A DNA stretch of 57,094 nt, filler included, from Dimargaris cristalligena (lineage: Eukaryota): the NCBI GenBank assembly GCA_003614675.1. It is 3 parts of 3 records of this genome, joined end to end, with 100 filler letters (N's around TTAATTAATTAA, not from the genome) between each part and the next. Parts side by side here need not be neighbours in the genome. Positions count along the whole stretch, not along the records: positions 38,177 to 57,094 come from ML002747.1; 2 more parts are not named here. One strand, given 5' to 3'. Under the pieces are notes generated by a model that was given only the letters and a program-made list of their open reading frames with translations, searched no databases and was not told where the DNA came from. The position numbers and the translations under genes were made by a program. Shown here piece by piece: positions 39,386-53,193 of this stretch; position 1 is the first letter of the stretch; each line of letters opens with the position of its first letter.

Positions 39386-42300
39386 ATGTCACACTCCCAT
39401 ACTGGCTCTGACGATTCAGAGCTCGATTATATCGAGGCTCTCTGCTTTGAAGCGAACGAGATTTCCGACCCATCTACGATTACTCAACCGATCCCTGCTG
39501 TTGGCAATTTGCCTAGCAAACCAAACTACCAACTCGTTTCAGTCTCGCCCAACCGCCGCCTACTTACCAGTGGCGCCAATTCGACTGGCCTGGTGAGATT
39601 CGGATCGAGCCCAAGCGGGTCAGTCGTCCATTCGATTGACCTAACTGGCGAAAGCGACTTTGGATCCCAGCACTTGATTTCTACGGAGTAAGTCTTGGCC
39701 GACAACCCCATACCCCGGGGTGACTAATCTGTTCTAGGTCGCGAACATCAATTCGGTGGACACAGACTCATTGATTACCCTTCATATGTAAATCTCCGCT
39801 TTCTAGATCTACAAGCTACCAAAATAATTCGGGTCTCCGTCCTGTCGAAGACATTGGTAGGAGGAAGAACCCCTGGAAGCCGTGCCTTCTTCTGTGCTTA
39901 TACAGGAAGTCGGTAGCTCTATATTTTTTGTGGTGGGCCCAAATACATACGATATTTCTCTCTAAATCCCGGCTATCAATCGCAGACTAAGCTTCCCGTA
40001 CATCTGCGCGCTTATATTTACATCGATATACTTGGTATTAATATCATGCTAGAGCCCCGGTTCAGAATTCTATTTGGGTTTCGGTACTTCAATAGCGTAC
40101 AAACGGACTGCTTCGATCAGGTAAGGATATGCTTGGCGTCCAAAATATCCAATGTATTGTGGATATAGTTAGTATTGGGTTGGATCTAAATATTCTAATC
40201 ACTGTAATAGATATATGATTTGCCTATTTATACCATGGGCTCCGTTAGTTACTTCACGGTTCCAATAACGTCGTTATTAGCGGTAAGTGGCGTGGTACTA
40301 TTGTCTGGTACGACTATAATTACATTCGCCTACAGCCATCTCATTGAACTGAGGTAACGTACATCGAACGGGTATAACATTAGTACAATGGCGTCGCCAA
40401 AGAATCCGCGTTTTCTCTATTGATCTTCAATATATGCTGAATATTTGCAATCAATTAGCCCCCACGGGTGCCGGCAAGACCTGCCTTCTCGAATTGGCCC
40501 TGATTCAATTGTTTCGGAACCCATCCCATGATTTCAAAGCCATTTATTTGGCCCCAACCAAGGTAAATAATTATTTTAACCAACAAGACAATGATCTACA
40601 GTATTTGGGCATAAAGCAAATATCAGACTTACTACAACCAGGTACCCAACTGGGGCATTGTACGATATAAGCGATACATCGATGCATAACTGCTTATCAT
40701 AGGTGCTATGTTTTGCTTTGGACATCGGATCTACAGGCCCTCTGTGCTGAACGATTTAAGGATTGGTCCAGCAAATTTGATCCATTAGGTATCTCGTGTA
40801 AGTGGGCAAATCCCACCAGTACTTCGATTTCTACAAAAACGGCGGACAACTTTTTGGGGTTGAGTACGTGATGGGCCTATATAACCACTCCATAATCCAT
40901 ACATTTTCATTTGTATGCACTATATACCACTTATTTTGATATGATATAGGCAAAGAGGCGACTGGGGATACAGATTTTACGAATCTTGGGGATATTCTTC
41001 GGGCAAGGTTAATGTAGGTTGCCACTATCGGTTTAAATTTGGTAATATAGGCAATGCATACTACTTAATAGCGAGGTTGGGGTGATATATATACAAATAT
41101 AGTCAATCTCTACGCATGGTTTCTGGTTTATATATACTTTGATTGTAACATTTATTAGAATTGCCACACCTGAAAAATGGGACGCGCTTAGTCGCCGTTG
41201 GTAAGTGCTTGGTCCATTATAGCCATATGGCTCCCCTAAAATATCCGCCTGGAGCCTGCTAAAATTACAACGATGTCCGATTCCCCATAATTTATAATTA
41301 CATAGGCGAGACAACACCAATCTTATGAAAATGATCAAATTACTATTGGTACGTGGGCCGATGCTACGGAGTTCACTTTGTCGGGCTCTTAATGAACATG
41401 GTTTTGTTGGCAGTGGGGTAGCCGGGCGTCACTATATTTTGAATGTGCTTAACTGAGCCCCGTTTAGAAACATCTTTATGATTGAGTATCCAGATCGACG
41501 AAGTCCATATGCTTCGGGAGAAACGAGGCGCCACCCTGGAGGCTGTGGTAAGTGTTGTTCCTGCGACCATTATACAAATGGATTCATCATTACATTGGCT
41601 ATCAAATTGACTGTGTATGGTCGGGCAATTTAAATAAGTTCTTTAATTACACGACGAGTCCTTAATTTCACCTCGATTAACATCATGAGAAATAGAGCCA
41701 ATATTTACCAACTTGAACAATCATTAACTCATTATAATTTAGATTAGCCGCATGCGGGTAGTGGAGCCGACCATTCGGTACCTAGCGGTATCGGCGACGG
41801 TGCCTAATATTTCCGATATAGCCGCGTGGCTGAGTTATAATTGCCCCAATGAATCCGCGACGAACGGATCAGATGCTAGCAAGCCTGCTATCATCAAAAA
41901 TTTCGGTGAAGAGTATCGTCCGGTGAAACTTGTGCGTCACGTTTACGGAGTTGAGATGCGTACAGATAACTACTTCTTATTTGAACGAAATCTCGATTAT
42001 AAGTAAGTGCTTAATTTGGGAATTCTTTGCACAGCAAGCTTTAGTACTCTTATTTATTATCCTGCTTTGAGGTTCCAACTGGTTGGGGCGCTACTGTCAA
42101 GAAAGTCGAGTAAATGAAGAAAACCATTCACCCCCGTATTTTACATTATGGAATTCGAATAGATTGCCGGAGATTGTCTCAACTCATAGCCACGGTAAAC
42201 CCACCCTAGTCGTATGTACATTAACACTTTTAAAGTTTTCATCGATATTTAATGGAAATAGCGAAAACACTGTTTGTATTTCCATGGAGGATTCTTGCCC

Positions 42301-45300
42301 AGCCGTTCCGTTCTAAATCAATAGATATTTCAATCTGTCACCTAATATCTCAATACTATTACGTGTGCTAAATGATCAGTTTTGCAGCACACGAAAATCC
42401 GCTCAACAGGCGACCGAATTTCTCAGCAAAACTTTTCCCCGGCTGCCCAACCTGGAGCATCTTAGGTAATTCTTACTTTATATCACTAATTTGGGGTTAT
42501 GTTGAATGTATTAGTTAATGTACCGCTATCTAAATTTAACTGCCTCTGTTTATTAATGACAATCCTACGCTACCCATCTACATCGGCAATTCAGTATTAA
42601 GCACAAGCAGCTCAAAGGTAAGCCATTTGGACCAAGCAACCCGTGCTACGGTCCACGACTGATCGATTTGCATTTCTCAATTGAGCATTGTAGGAAGAAA
42701 TCAGGTAACATATGATCACAATGTATGCATACTCCCCAACCTAGAGCTCGTTGTTACTGGCGTGGCTTTCCATCACGCTGGCCTGGATTTATCTGACCGG
42801 CGATTGGTTGAGAATTTGTTCATTGAGGGAATGGTCAAAGTAATCTGTAAGTAGGCACCTTAAATGTGATTGGGTATTTCTAGAGCGTATATACAAGCCC
42901 CCAGTTTGAGAGCAATGCTTTTTATTGTTCGACTTGGTACCAGACCGCCCCTATTTTTAACAGCCAATATTTTTATTATACAAATTATTCCACATATCCA
43001 TTAACTCTAACCATCCACGCTTAGGCACAACCTCAACTTTAGCTGTTGGGGTAGGTCGAATACATTCTTTTATATAGAACAACCCTGGATCTCTAAAGCC
43101 GTGATCATATATATATATATATATATGCGATTCATCAAGATAGTTTCAGTAGATTTTTGGGGTGGATAGCGATAATAGGGACATAGCCATTTACCATAAT
43201 TTATTCCATACTTGTGTAGGTTAATTTGCCAGCCCATCTCGTAGTCATCAAATCAACCAGAGGTAGGATAAAAACTGACGGGAGTAAAAATTTCTAAATT
43301 TACCAGTCGGTAATATTGGAAAATAACGTAATAGCAATGAGACTCGATTTCGCAAGACTAGTCCAACGATACCGACTCTCCGCTTAATTTCCCAGCCAAC
43401 ATCTTTTCTTTTTTTGCTTTAGCCTATATTAACTCCCGGTACGTGGAGTATTCGGATTTAGAGATTCTTCAAATGATTGGTCGGGCCGGTCGACCACAGT
43501 TTGATACTTCTGGTGTAGCTGTTATCTTGACCACAGTTGACCAGAAATCGCGGTATGATAATTTAGTATCAGGTCAAGAGCCAGTTGAAAGCAGGTATGA
43601 GGTATACCCAAAGGCCTACTTATCATGTCCCGGTAGTGACATTCTGGTTGATACCAGATCACCAGTAAGAGACTGCCGTTATCGTCCGCCGACATAATCA
43701 AAGTAATATATTGGGCAACTACTAAGTCTTGCTCTATATATTTTTACCTGACCACATCATCCAGCTTGCATTTAAATCTAATCGAACACATTAACGCTGA
43801 AATCAGTCTGGGAAGTATAGCCAATCGAGATATGGCCATCCGGTGGTAAGTCCATAAACTCGCTTCTTCCCAACCCTCATTATCTGTGCAATACTCTACA
43901 ATCACATCCATATCACCTGTTTAATTCACGAGTATACATTAGAATTACTAATTGACCCCGTATTGTTTTATGCTATGCTGCTATCCGACGATATGGTTTC
44001 TTGTTGTTTTTTCGACTTTAGGCTCAAGTCAACGTTTCTCTACACGCGGATTTGCAATAATCCCAGTTACTACAAAATTGCTGATCAAGAAATCACATCC
44101 ACTACGCCGCGCAAGTACTTGGAAGGTGGGTGATACACGCCTTGACCAAAATAGGAAGCGCGACTACATTCAATACTTATTGGGGAGATAATAGACTAAT
44201 TTACATTCTCTGCCATTGAGCCTGCCAGATATATTCATTCGTAACTTGCACCTACTGGAAAAGGCCGGCTTAGTCAGAATTAATCCTGATCAAAATATCA
44301 CCAGTAATGGTAAGTACACATATTTGTCCCATTAAAAACGCTCAATTATATTAACATCACTGGACTTCTGGCTTTCACTGAACACCAATCTAGGCCAAAT
44401 TGAGATTGGTATTTTGACATTGCGTCTATTATATGTTTCTGTGTGCGTGGTCATTCATTCGACTCGTGTACAAAATAAACATTAGAAATGGGAAAAGCGA
44501 TGGCCCGATATTACATAAAATTCCCAACTGTTCAAGAAGTCGCTAAAATTACTTCGGGGGCCGGGATTAGGGATATTGTAAGTATTATCAGAATCTGGAT
44601 GCCGGTGACTAATCACTACACATAATAATCCCACATAAACAAATAGTTTAAAGCCAACCACGTCTCGCATTGTTGTTTTATTGCGCGCCAGCTGATAACT
44701 TTGGCGCGGTCGGACGAATTCAAAGACCTACGGTTCCAGGCGGGTGAAAAAACGGTGCTTAACACTATTAACAAATACCCCAGTATTCGGCACCCGCTTA
44801 AAGGGAAAGTAAAAACTATAGACGAAAAGGTGTTTTTACTTTTGCAGGTATGTGGCCCCGATGGTTATTTTGTACTGTTGTTTTTTTATGAACAAGTGGT
44901 GGAATCGAATTCTAATTCGACATGATCAATCCACTTTAAGACAGTATAGCGCGTGATGACTTATTATTAGTATGAAGCTTCCACCTGGCAATCTTGAAAG
45001 TGTTTCTTGGCCCAGATCAATTTCAGCGACCCTAAAACGGGGTTCCAGATGAACGCGGAGATGAATACAGTAGTTCAACAGTCGTATAGAATACTCAAAT
45101 GTAAGGAAAACCCCAGTTTTCATTTTGTTCGGTTGTTAGGTGTTGTCTGATAGGAATCACTGTGCAAATATAAATGGAGTTGTTAATACCAACCTATACC
45201 TAAATGAACCTACTATTTAACGAACTTAAATTTTAATAGACTTAACCGAATATGCAGTTGCCCAAAAGGATACTGAGTGTATCTTGAACACTCTGTTAGT

Positions 45301-47852
45301 GTAAGTCAGGACCTTAAAATTGGCTGCGACATGGCTAGGTATACCTCAGGTTTAATAATTAATCGGGTGCAGCTTAATGCGAATAGGCTTTAAATCCTAC
45401 GCTGATTTCTGATTGCTACTCTAAAATCTACGTTATTGAAATGTGTACTCAGTCACCAGTGCCTACACTGCCACTGCTGGGACAAATCCCATATGATACT
45501 TAAGCAAGTGGAGAAGATTGGTGCCCAATACTGCAAATCTCTTAATGCTGCGGGGATTAAATCGCTTGATGATCTCAAAAATACCGACGCCCGACGTATT
45601 GAAACAGTATGATACTATTTTATTTAGGGACTAGAGTACAAGACCAGGGGCATTGGAGGCCAAGGCCCTCATTACCTAATTTATTATCGATCATTAACCT
45701 ATAGCTATTGCTTTCGTGGATTATTTGAATTCTATAGATTCTTGGCCGGAATCCACCCTTCGGCAATCAGGTAAACAGAACGATCAAAATAAATAGGGAG
45801 ACTCGGCATTACACTGTCTATCGATTATAAACAACTAATTTCACGCATCGTGACTTTAATATTTGATGACCTTCCCAGGTTCTGGAGGCAGTGAGGCAAC
45901 TGCCATGGTTACAGGCGGAGGCTACCAATGTAAGTACCGGTTAAAATTGACAAGGCGGTATATATGGGTTCGTTTATTGAGGGCAACTCTAGTTTCCTGA
46001 AATACTCATGTATGTATTAAATGATCTCTCGAAAGTATACGTTTTTACCAATTTAGGGCCAAAAAAATCAGCTTGTCGTAAATATCACCCTTGAGTTTCC
46101 CTCGTCCCTGTCAAGTCGGCATGGCCAATGTCTATGGGCTGTTGCCATGGTATTCGTGACTTCAGGTGGGCTACTTGACTTTCGTCGATTCCCAATTCGA
46201 CACGCCAAGAAGGGAAATCGTTATCGAGTAAATTTGCCCGAAGTAGAAGCAGACGACCAGATCCACTGCCTCGTAATTAGTGAAACTATATGTAAGAGTC
46301 TTCTCAAATCTACTCATTGATAATCTAGTGTAGGGTGGGGTCATTATTTTACTTCGAGCTTCAAGGACTATTTTATTACGGGATCGGATTGCACTGTATC
46401 TTTCCTAACAATTACGTACGTATACACTTATCAGTGGGTGTTGGCGATATTGTGGTTGTTGAGCCAACTATACGGAGTCAGTATTTCCGAAGAGACAAAA
46501 CAATGACGACTGACTTGATGGTAAGTGCAGGTCGATAGAGAGTTTAAATAATCTGATAACTCAACAATTCCTAGCTTAGGATTATAATATGCCTATGGAC
46601 CTAGTAATGGTTATGAAAATGGGGACAATTTTTAACTGCGGCTATTATATATGCTTAATTGGATCTGGATGGCGTTTAGCCGGTTTCCGTAGATAAGCCC
46701 GGGACACTTACATTCGATCTAATAAAGGGAAAGGCTGATAGCCAACTACCCAACCATAGCGAGCCTGGTAGTAAGAAGCCCTTATATTGTCTAGATGGTA
46801 AAAACCGGCCCAAATAAGACGAATCCAACCTTGGGTCTGTGTTGTTCGTAGACATAAGCAGATCCTGAAATGCATAATGATGTAGTGCTCATTTAAATTT
46901 GCCTTTGCTAATGCTGGTGTGGTTAAATACCTCAGGTCCCAAGAATGAACTTGCTTCAAAGTGTTCTCCAACTCCAGCCCTTACCACCCCGCTACAACCG
47001 ATTACTGCCACCATCAACGAGCTGCATCGATCACAGATTTCTCCTTGCCAGCATAAGTGTGCCGATAAGCGCAAGTGCAAGCATACCTGTTGCAAGGTGG
47101 GAAAGAAGCGGAAGAGATCTAGTGGGCATTGCACTCCGTGTGTCCCAATGTCCCTCCTCGGCACGACTGAACCAGACGGACAAACAGTTGAAATAATAGC
47201 TGATAAGCCTTCAGGAGGTGACGATGCGACTATACTTTCTTTTGATTTCGACTATGATTTTTATTTGCCTAGCTCGCCTCTTCATCGCTCAATGTCGCCT
47301 GGCTCACTATATCCGCCAAAAACAGCATTAGCCCCCGCCCCACAGTCGGCCAAACCTACTCAAGCCCTACTTGAATTTTCTGACTACGTTGAGGATGAGT
47401 CGACACAAGAGAAGCCCGGCAAACCAAACTGCCCAATTAACCAACCCGATTTAAGGACACATATCGACCCAGCGGTTTCGAATTGTAGCACTTGGCTCTC
47501 CCCTCGACCAGCCGCGGACCCAGTCCCTAAGGAAAGTCCATACATTTCACTTATTTCCAGCTCGCCGTCATACCCACCATCCCCCTGTCCGAGACTGTCG
47601 CAGCCGCCATCCCCAATAGTCCATGGGCCAGGCCGCATAGACATTTCAAATGCCCCTGCTTGGCACTCCCCTCCGGCATTCTCAAATGAAGGGGGTTCTA
47701 CGCATTCTAGCTCAGAATGTGTTCCGGTGCTATCCACCCCTCCACCCGTCCCCAGCAATAGTACACTATCCACCCCATATGGCCGTGCCCACATTCTTCG
47801 CCAGGGCCAGGCGCGCCTCCAAGACTGGCTCTCCAAGTTGCGCAAAAACTGA
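39386..47852 (+). CDS. MER3: meiotic Ski2-like DNA helicase Mer3/HFM1, about 30 exons
   Basis: Exon fragments give APTGAGKT (~40458), IYLAPTK, ATPEKWD, IDEVH.L...RGATLE (~41494), SATVPN, FGEEYRPVKL, FCSTRK, GVAFHHAGL, TSTLAVGVNLPAHLVVIKST, QMIGRAGRPQFDTSG, SSLHLNLIEHINAEI, Sec63-region RNPPFG and C-terminal CQHKCADKRKCKHTCCK zinc motif. Exact start and some exon edges are approximate. Confidence 0.92.
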
Positions 47853-48129
47853 GCAATGGCCCCCTGTGACAAAGATCCGTTGATCCTAAACTCTTCGCTG
47901 GATTACATGGTCATTAATCATCATTCATCAGCCCAATCCCGTATCACTGACATTCAGTAATCCCGAATATACTAACAAATTATGGTGCAGGTGTCGATAC
48001 CGTTACACGTATTAAATTGTCTAGGACAGTGTTTCTCTTAGCCATTAGTTGATATTTATATTACACGCATACGCGGAGCCATCGCCTTGGTACGGTTAAG
48101 TTTCTTTAAAAAAAATACGAATCTGTAGC

Positions 48130-48833
48130 TTAGCTGTTCATGAGACATTTGGCATTACTCGCCTCTAGTTGGGCCAGGCTAGTCTCGAATTGCGCCAGCC
48201 GCTGTTGACATTTAGTCACCACCAATTGTTTGGCTCGAATATCGCCTTTCAGATCAATGATTTCCTGTGCAATACACCAGCCGAAGAATGCGGTTACAAA
48301 TAGGGGTTGTTAGAACAGCCTAAATTCCTCATACAGCCGAAATGGGAAGTGGGTATGGTAGAAGGTAGTATAGAAGACAACTTACTTGACATAGTTGAAT
48401 ACGGGGGTTTTGTGCTAGGGTTTGGGACCGCTGGGTGAGCTGATTGTCCACACTGCTGAGTGACTTTTCTAGGGCCTCATGAAGGGGGGCTTATAGTGTA
48501 AGTAATATAGATAGCATAAGATGGGCCGGGGCGGCTTTAGTCTAACAGCCAAAACAATGTTAGGATACAGTAAAGGACAGTTAAGGAGCCACTGCTACCC
48601 ATGGGATTGACTTCCACAAGCCCAATTCTGTTGTAAAAACTCCAGCTCCAAAACGATCTGGGGAAACCCCAGGTGGTGACTTCCAACAGTTTTACCGGGT
48701 GTGTCGGTCAAAAGTGACAACCTACTCCTTGCGCGTCCTTACCTGCGACTTTTTCGGCTTGGGGCTCATCGGAAAGTAAGGCAGCTAGGATTTGCTTGAC
48801 TTGGTCGTCAATTTCAAGGGCGAGCGAGTCCAT
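48130..48833 (-). CDS. small coiled-coil protein, probable Mediator subunit Med28-like; complement(join(48130..48264,48386..48489,48743..48833)), 109 aa
   Basis: Not in the ORF track. ATG 48833, donors GTAAGG/GTAAGT, acceptors AAG/CAG; exons join in frame (330 nt): MDSLALEIDDQVKQILAALLSDE...LCQEIIDLKGDIRAKQLVVTKCQQRLAQFETSLAQL. Gene structure is well supported; the family call rests on remembered Med28 patterns. Confidence 0.6.
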
Positions 48834-49482
48834 GGGTAGTTCCAGAAGGGAGATTTCGACAATATTGGATGGAGGGTTCCGGAAGGGAAAGTGAATTTAT
48901 ATTTATATAAATTAATAAAGGTGGGTTCGTCGAAAATGGAGAGAGCTGGGAAGAACGATATTCAAAACAGTAACGAGCACAGTCTGAACCGCAAGGAATA
49001 AAATAATGTATCGGGAATACAGAGAAGGGGGACTAGACCAAACGGAAGAATCCATTTGGCTGGGTGAGAGAGAGAGAGAGAGTATGCTACATGAATGGGA
49101 AGTTACTGCAGGGAAGAAGGCGCTTTCTTGGGTAGGAGAATCGATTCTCCTACATTAATTGGCACTCTCTCTCTTTTTTTTACTCTGCCAGCGATTGAAC
49201 AACTTCCTGGGGGCAGAATAAACTTTCATTCTGACTGCATCTGCTTCATTTAGAAAACAACCGGGTTACCCCTAGTTATCTCTCTACTCCATTTGGTTAA
49301 TCCTTTCCCCCCTCCCTACATTCGCCCCTCAAACTTATCATTTCGCGTTTGCTTAACCAGTACCTAACCGCCGCGAGTCCCCCGGCCCTTACAGACCTGC
49401 GGTGCATAGCGTGGTCAAAACTACGCCACTCGCATTGGCCTTTTTAGCCCCATTCCTTTGGTAATTCTCCCCACCCTTCGTC

Positions 49483-51177
49483 ATGTTTCACAGTATACGG
49501 CCAACCCGCCCCATGAAATTGAGTCCGGGCTCGATATTCCAGCGTCAGTATGCTGCCCGCTCGCTACGACACGCCAAGCAACAAATCGGGAAGAATGTAA
49601 GTCAGCGGGTACAACCTATTAGTCCCCCCCCTTTCCCCGTCTTGGGACAGTTTCCCCGATAGGTCTATATCGCACTGTAATCATTTCCTCAGCAGTACTG
49701 ACCTTGAGAGCATATATATATATATATATATATTACCTGTGGGTTCGACCATTCCACCGTATGACAGATACCAGCCGAACGCAAATTCTCACCGCGCCAA
49801 TACAACGATCACCCGAACCGACCAACCACGACCACCACCACCGATCCCTTATCCCAATTTTCGACCCGGTTAGCGCCCACCCCTCATCCGGCCCCCCTCT
49901 CTTACCGGCGTACCCGCCCGGTATACTCCACCCAATCCCAAGAGGCCCATAACCTAGTGGGTATCCTAGAGCTCACCGCCCAGAAAGAAGGCCCGGCGGC
50001 CGCCGAAGCTATTGTGGAACGTATCCAGCGGCAGAGTGGGGTACAATTACCCCTCCGGGCTTACCACTTCTTTATCCATTTTTATGGACGGCAGTGTCGG
50101 GTCCGGGATATGGAACGCTGGTACCATCGGTTACGTCAGGATGCGGAGATGCTTCGCAAACGTACACTGGCTGAGGCTAGTGATAATAATGGGTCCCGCA
50201 GTAATGGTAGTGGCGACAGTGGTAATGGGGCCCCTTCCCAACGGCACCACGGTTCTAGGGCCCCATCGGACTATAGTTCTAAGCGATCCCCATTACCCAC
50301 CACGGCCACCGAGGCATCAGGAACTGCTTCGAGTAGGTCCGCTATTTCCTCATATCCGTCGGACCCCGCATTTCAGCCAGAACCGGAGCCGGCACGGGAA
50401 CCCGAAACCCCTCGACTGGCCCCTGACCATTATACCTACACGATGCTCCTTAACGGCTATAACCGGGCCGGCTGTACGGATAAAGCCCTGGGCATCTGGC
50501 GGGAATTCCTGGCCACCGGCCTCCCCATTGAAGGCCCAATTGTGGCCGTCCTGCTCGATACGCTAGGGTACCATAACCAACCCCAACTCCTGGTGGATTT
50601 CTGGGAACGGGAGATCCGGCCAATGGGGAGAAGAGGAGGAGAAGCAGGAGAAAGCAGCGGCGGCAGTAGCGGTGCTCCATCACCATCCCCATCGGATGCT
50701 GGACCCGCCGCGGAGACCAGGGCCAATGAACCCCCGCCGTATTGGCAGACCCGACCCCTACCCAAAAATGTGTACAATTCGTACATTGAAGCTCTATTAC
50801 GCCTCGAACGGTTCGATCAGGCCGTGGACGTGTTCACCCAGGACATGTGGCCCGCCGTTACCAACCCCCGGTTGGCGTATGGTTCAGTGCCGCGACCTAA
50901 TGCTACTACTTCTACTACTACTACTACTACCCCCATTGCCCCCCCACGTGCAGTTGGCCCCGGACTCGGACTACCACTACCACTACGCCCTGCGTACCAG
51001 CAGGATGGACATGGTTCTCCTCCGGAAGGTCCGTCCGAAAAGACCCTCGTCACCATCATTCCGACCCTACGGAACCGTCGACAGTACCCCCAGCTCCGAC
51101 GGTGTCTGCATCACATTCAACAACATTATCCTGCGTCCGTTCCTCTCATGCAGTTTATTCTAAAATCCGGCGCATAG
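49483..51177 (+). CDS. mitochondrial pentatricopeptide-repeat protein; join(49483..49596,49768..51177), 507 aa
   Basis: Arg-rich, acid-free N-terminus (MFHSIRPTRPMKLS...). PPR units AYHFFIHFYGRQCRVRDMERWY, PDHYTYTMLLNGYNRAGCTDKALGIW, NVYNSYIEALLRLERFDQAVDVF. Phase-0 GT-AG intron. Confidence 0.85.
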
Positions 51178-51649
51178 ACGATTTATAATTATCCCTTCCC
51201 CCCGGATTGAATCAACCACCGTGAAAATATTCTAAATGACCCACTCCACATTAATTACCTACGGCTAAATGCTGCTGAAGCGCATGGGAGACTATAGTAT
51301 ACCATATGGGTGGAAATCTACACCGGCTGTATGGGAGTTCAAAATGAAATGTAAATGGTTGGCTAGGAGGGGAGATTATGATTAGCCTGTAGTACCTGAT
51401 TTACTAAACGGAATACCCGCTCTATAGTTGGACCGAGCTGTTCTCACGCACCCTCTTCTTTTGCTTTGGGTTAAATTACCCCCAATTCAAATTTTGACTG
51501 TTAGTATGGGCAATCCGCCCCCTGATATCATTACAACCTATCCGGAACTAATTTATAATAATAGATATCCACCAGTGGCTAAAACTATTACTCCTCCGAG
51601 TACTTCAGGGCCCTCTGTTCCTTGAGTTTTGATATTCAATCTATTACTA

Positions 51650-52007
51650 TTGCGACGTTTTTTCCGCCCCCATGTCTAGCGCACGATATATTACCGACGT
51701 GTCCATCCACATTGACATATACATCTCTAGCATTGCTATTTGACTGCCTGAGTCATTACTGCCTTGCATGCTTCCGGGGTGGCCCGGCTTTACCACACCA
51801 CGGCATAACTGCAGTTCGGATTTAGTTACCATGGCAACCCTTTATAAAGGACGCCCTCGGTTGACAAGGCATAAGAATCATCATCATCACCAACCGCAAC
51901 TCACACCATCGCACTTTCAATTGCTTTATTTCTTCCTTTCATCTAGGACCACCAAAATTGCCTGGTTCGAATACACTTCTGTCTAAACAACACCGTCGAC
52001 ACTAAAA
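51650..52007 (+). repeat. dispersed ~350-bp non-coding repeat, copy 2
   Basis: Collinear similarity to 12926-13267. Confidence 0.75.
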
Positions 52008-52648
52008 CTAAGGGGGTTTTCTGAGGAACTCCTGTATCGTCCCAACTATAATATATAAATCTATATATTGGGCCTCCAAGGGTTTTCTGAATGAAGTCAC
52101 AGACTCCCCCCTTCCTCTTTGGCTTCTTTGAAATGATATGGTAATTGGCTATACTAAACCTGGCGTTGTTGTTTTTTTCTGGAAGCAAATAATAATGCAA
52201 AAAATAAATAAATCGTTAACATTACGGATTTATTAAAAATATTGTACATAGTCGGAGGGGGGAGGTTTATACAACAATACATGGTTGCATGCAGTATAGA
52301 TGTGGAAGGGGGCTTATGAATGAAGACAAGGGTGATGTTAGCTCAGGGACAATGATCACCCCTGAATTCAATAATTCAGGTGCATGTTCTACGAGGGAAA
52401 GGGTGGGGGGGGAGTTGGAAACGAAGGGAGATGAAGTCAGAAGGAGGGGGGAGAGGATTAGGATTAGGAAAAACAATTATCATTCGTGGAAGTAAGACCA
52501 GTAAGCCAAGATCATACTTGTGTAACTAGTCGAATATGGGTTTATATATATATATAAAGAAAAATATTAAATACAAAAGGAGCACTCTAAGTAATAATGG
52601 GGGGAGAAGGACCAAAGATATCTTCCACAAGGGAAACCAGAATTTAGT

Positions 52649-53080
52649 TCATGGTCTACCCCCTCTCCCTTCCCCTCCACCCTGTGCTTTCGACTTTGGG
52701 GAGGGCCATAAGGAACGCATCATGGACGAGGTATACCGCTGGGCTTTATGAATAAAACGCCACGGGTAATAAAGCTCAGACTCCTTAGCCATTGGCGATG
52801 GCACTGGCGTTGCTACTAAGGTAGAGTCGGCTTTTACGAAAGAGCCGCTTCGACTGCTGATCCGACTGGCCGTCGACCCCCCGGAAAGTACCGAATCCTG
52901 ACGGTGTAGGAGGGTACGGCGCTCGGCACACTGCCGGTTCCGCGCCTGACGGAACTTGCACATGGAACAACCGCATTTGCGATGACACCGGCAGAGGCAG
53001 ATATCCAGGGACATACAGTTCTGCGTTAGACAGGGGTAGCAGGGCAGATCTAACGTGCGACAATGGGCTTTCATAAACAT
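52649..53080 (-). CDS. hypothetical protein with Cys-rich N-terminus (143 aa)
   Basis: ATG-started ORF, GC-richer than its flanks; about 10 Cys in the first ~50 aa (CYPC, CLCRCHRKCGCSMC), then a Ser/Arg-rich region. Confidence 0.5.
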   Translation of the reverse strand: MFMKAHCRTLDLPCYPCLTQNCMSLDICLCRCHRKCGCSMCKFRQARNRQCAERRTLLHRQDSVLSGGSTASRISSRSGSFVKADSTLVATPVPSPMAKESELYYPWRFIHKAQRYTSSMMRSLWPSPKSKAQGGGEGRGGRP

Positions 53081-53169
53081 AATGTGCTACTGGTGGTGCT
53101 CTTGGTGGTAGTGGTGGTGAGTCGCAGCGGTAGCAGGGAGAGTGAGTGAGAGTGTGAGTGCGAGTGCGA

Positions 53170-53193
53170 GGGGTTGGGGTTGGGGTTGGGGTT
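53170..53193 (+). repeat. (GGGGTT)4 tract, G-quadruplex-capable
   Basis: Four G4 runs separated by TT, read directly from the sequence. Confidence 0.8.

Noticed and set aside
53170-53193. Telomere seed or chromosome end
   Set aside because: Only four internal units in gene-containing sequence.
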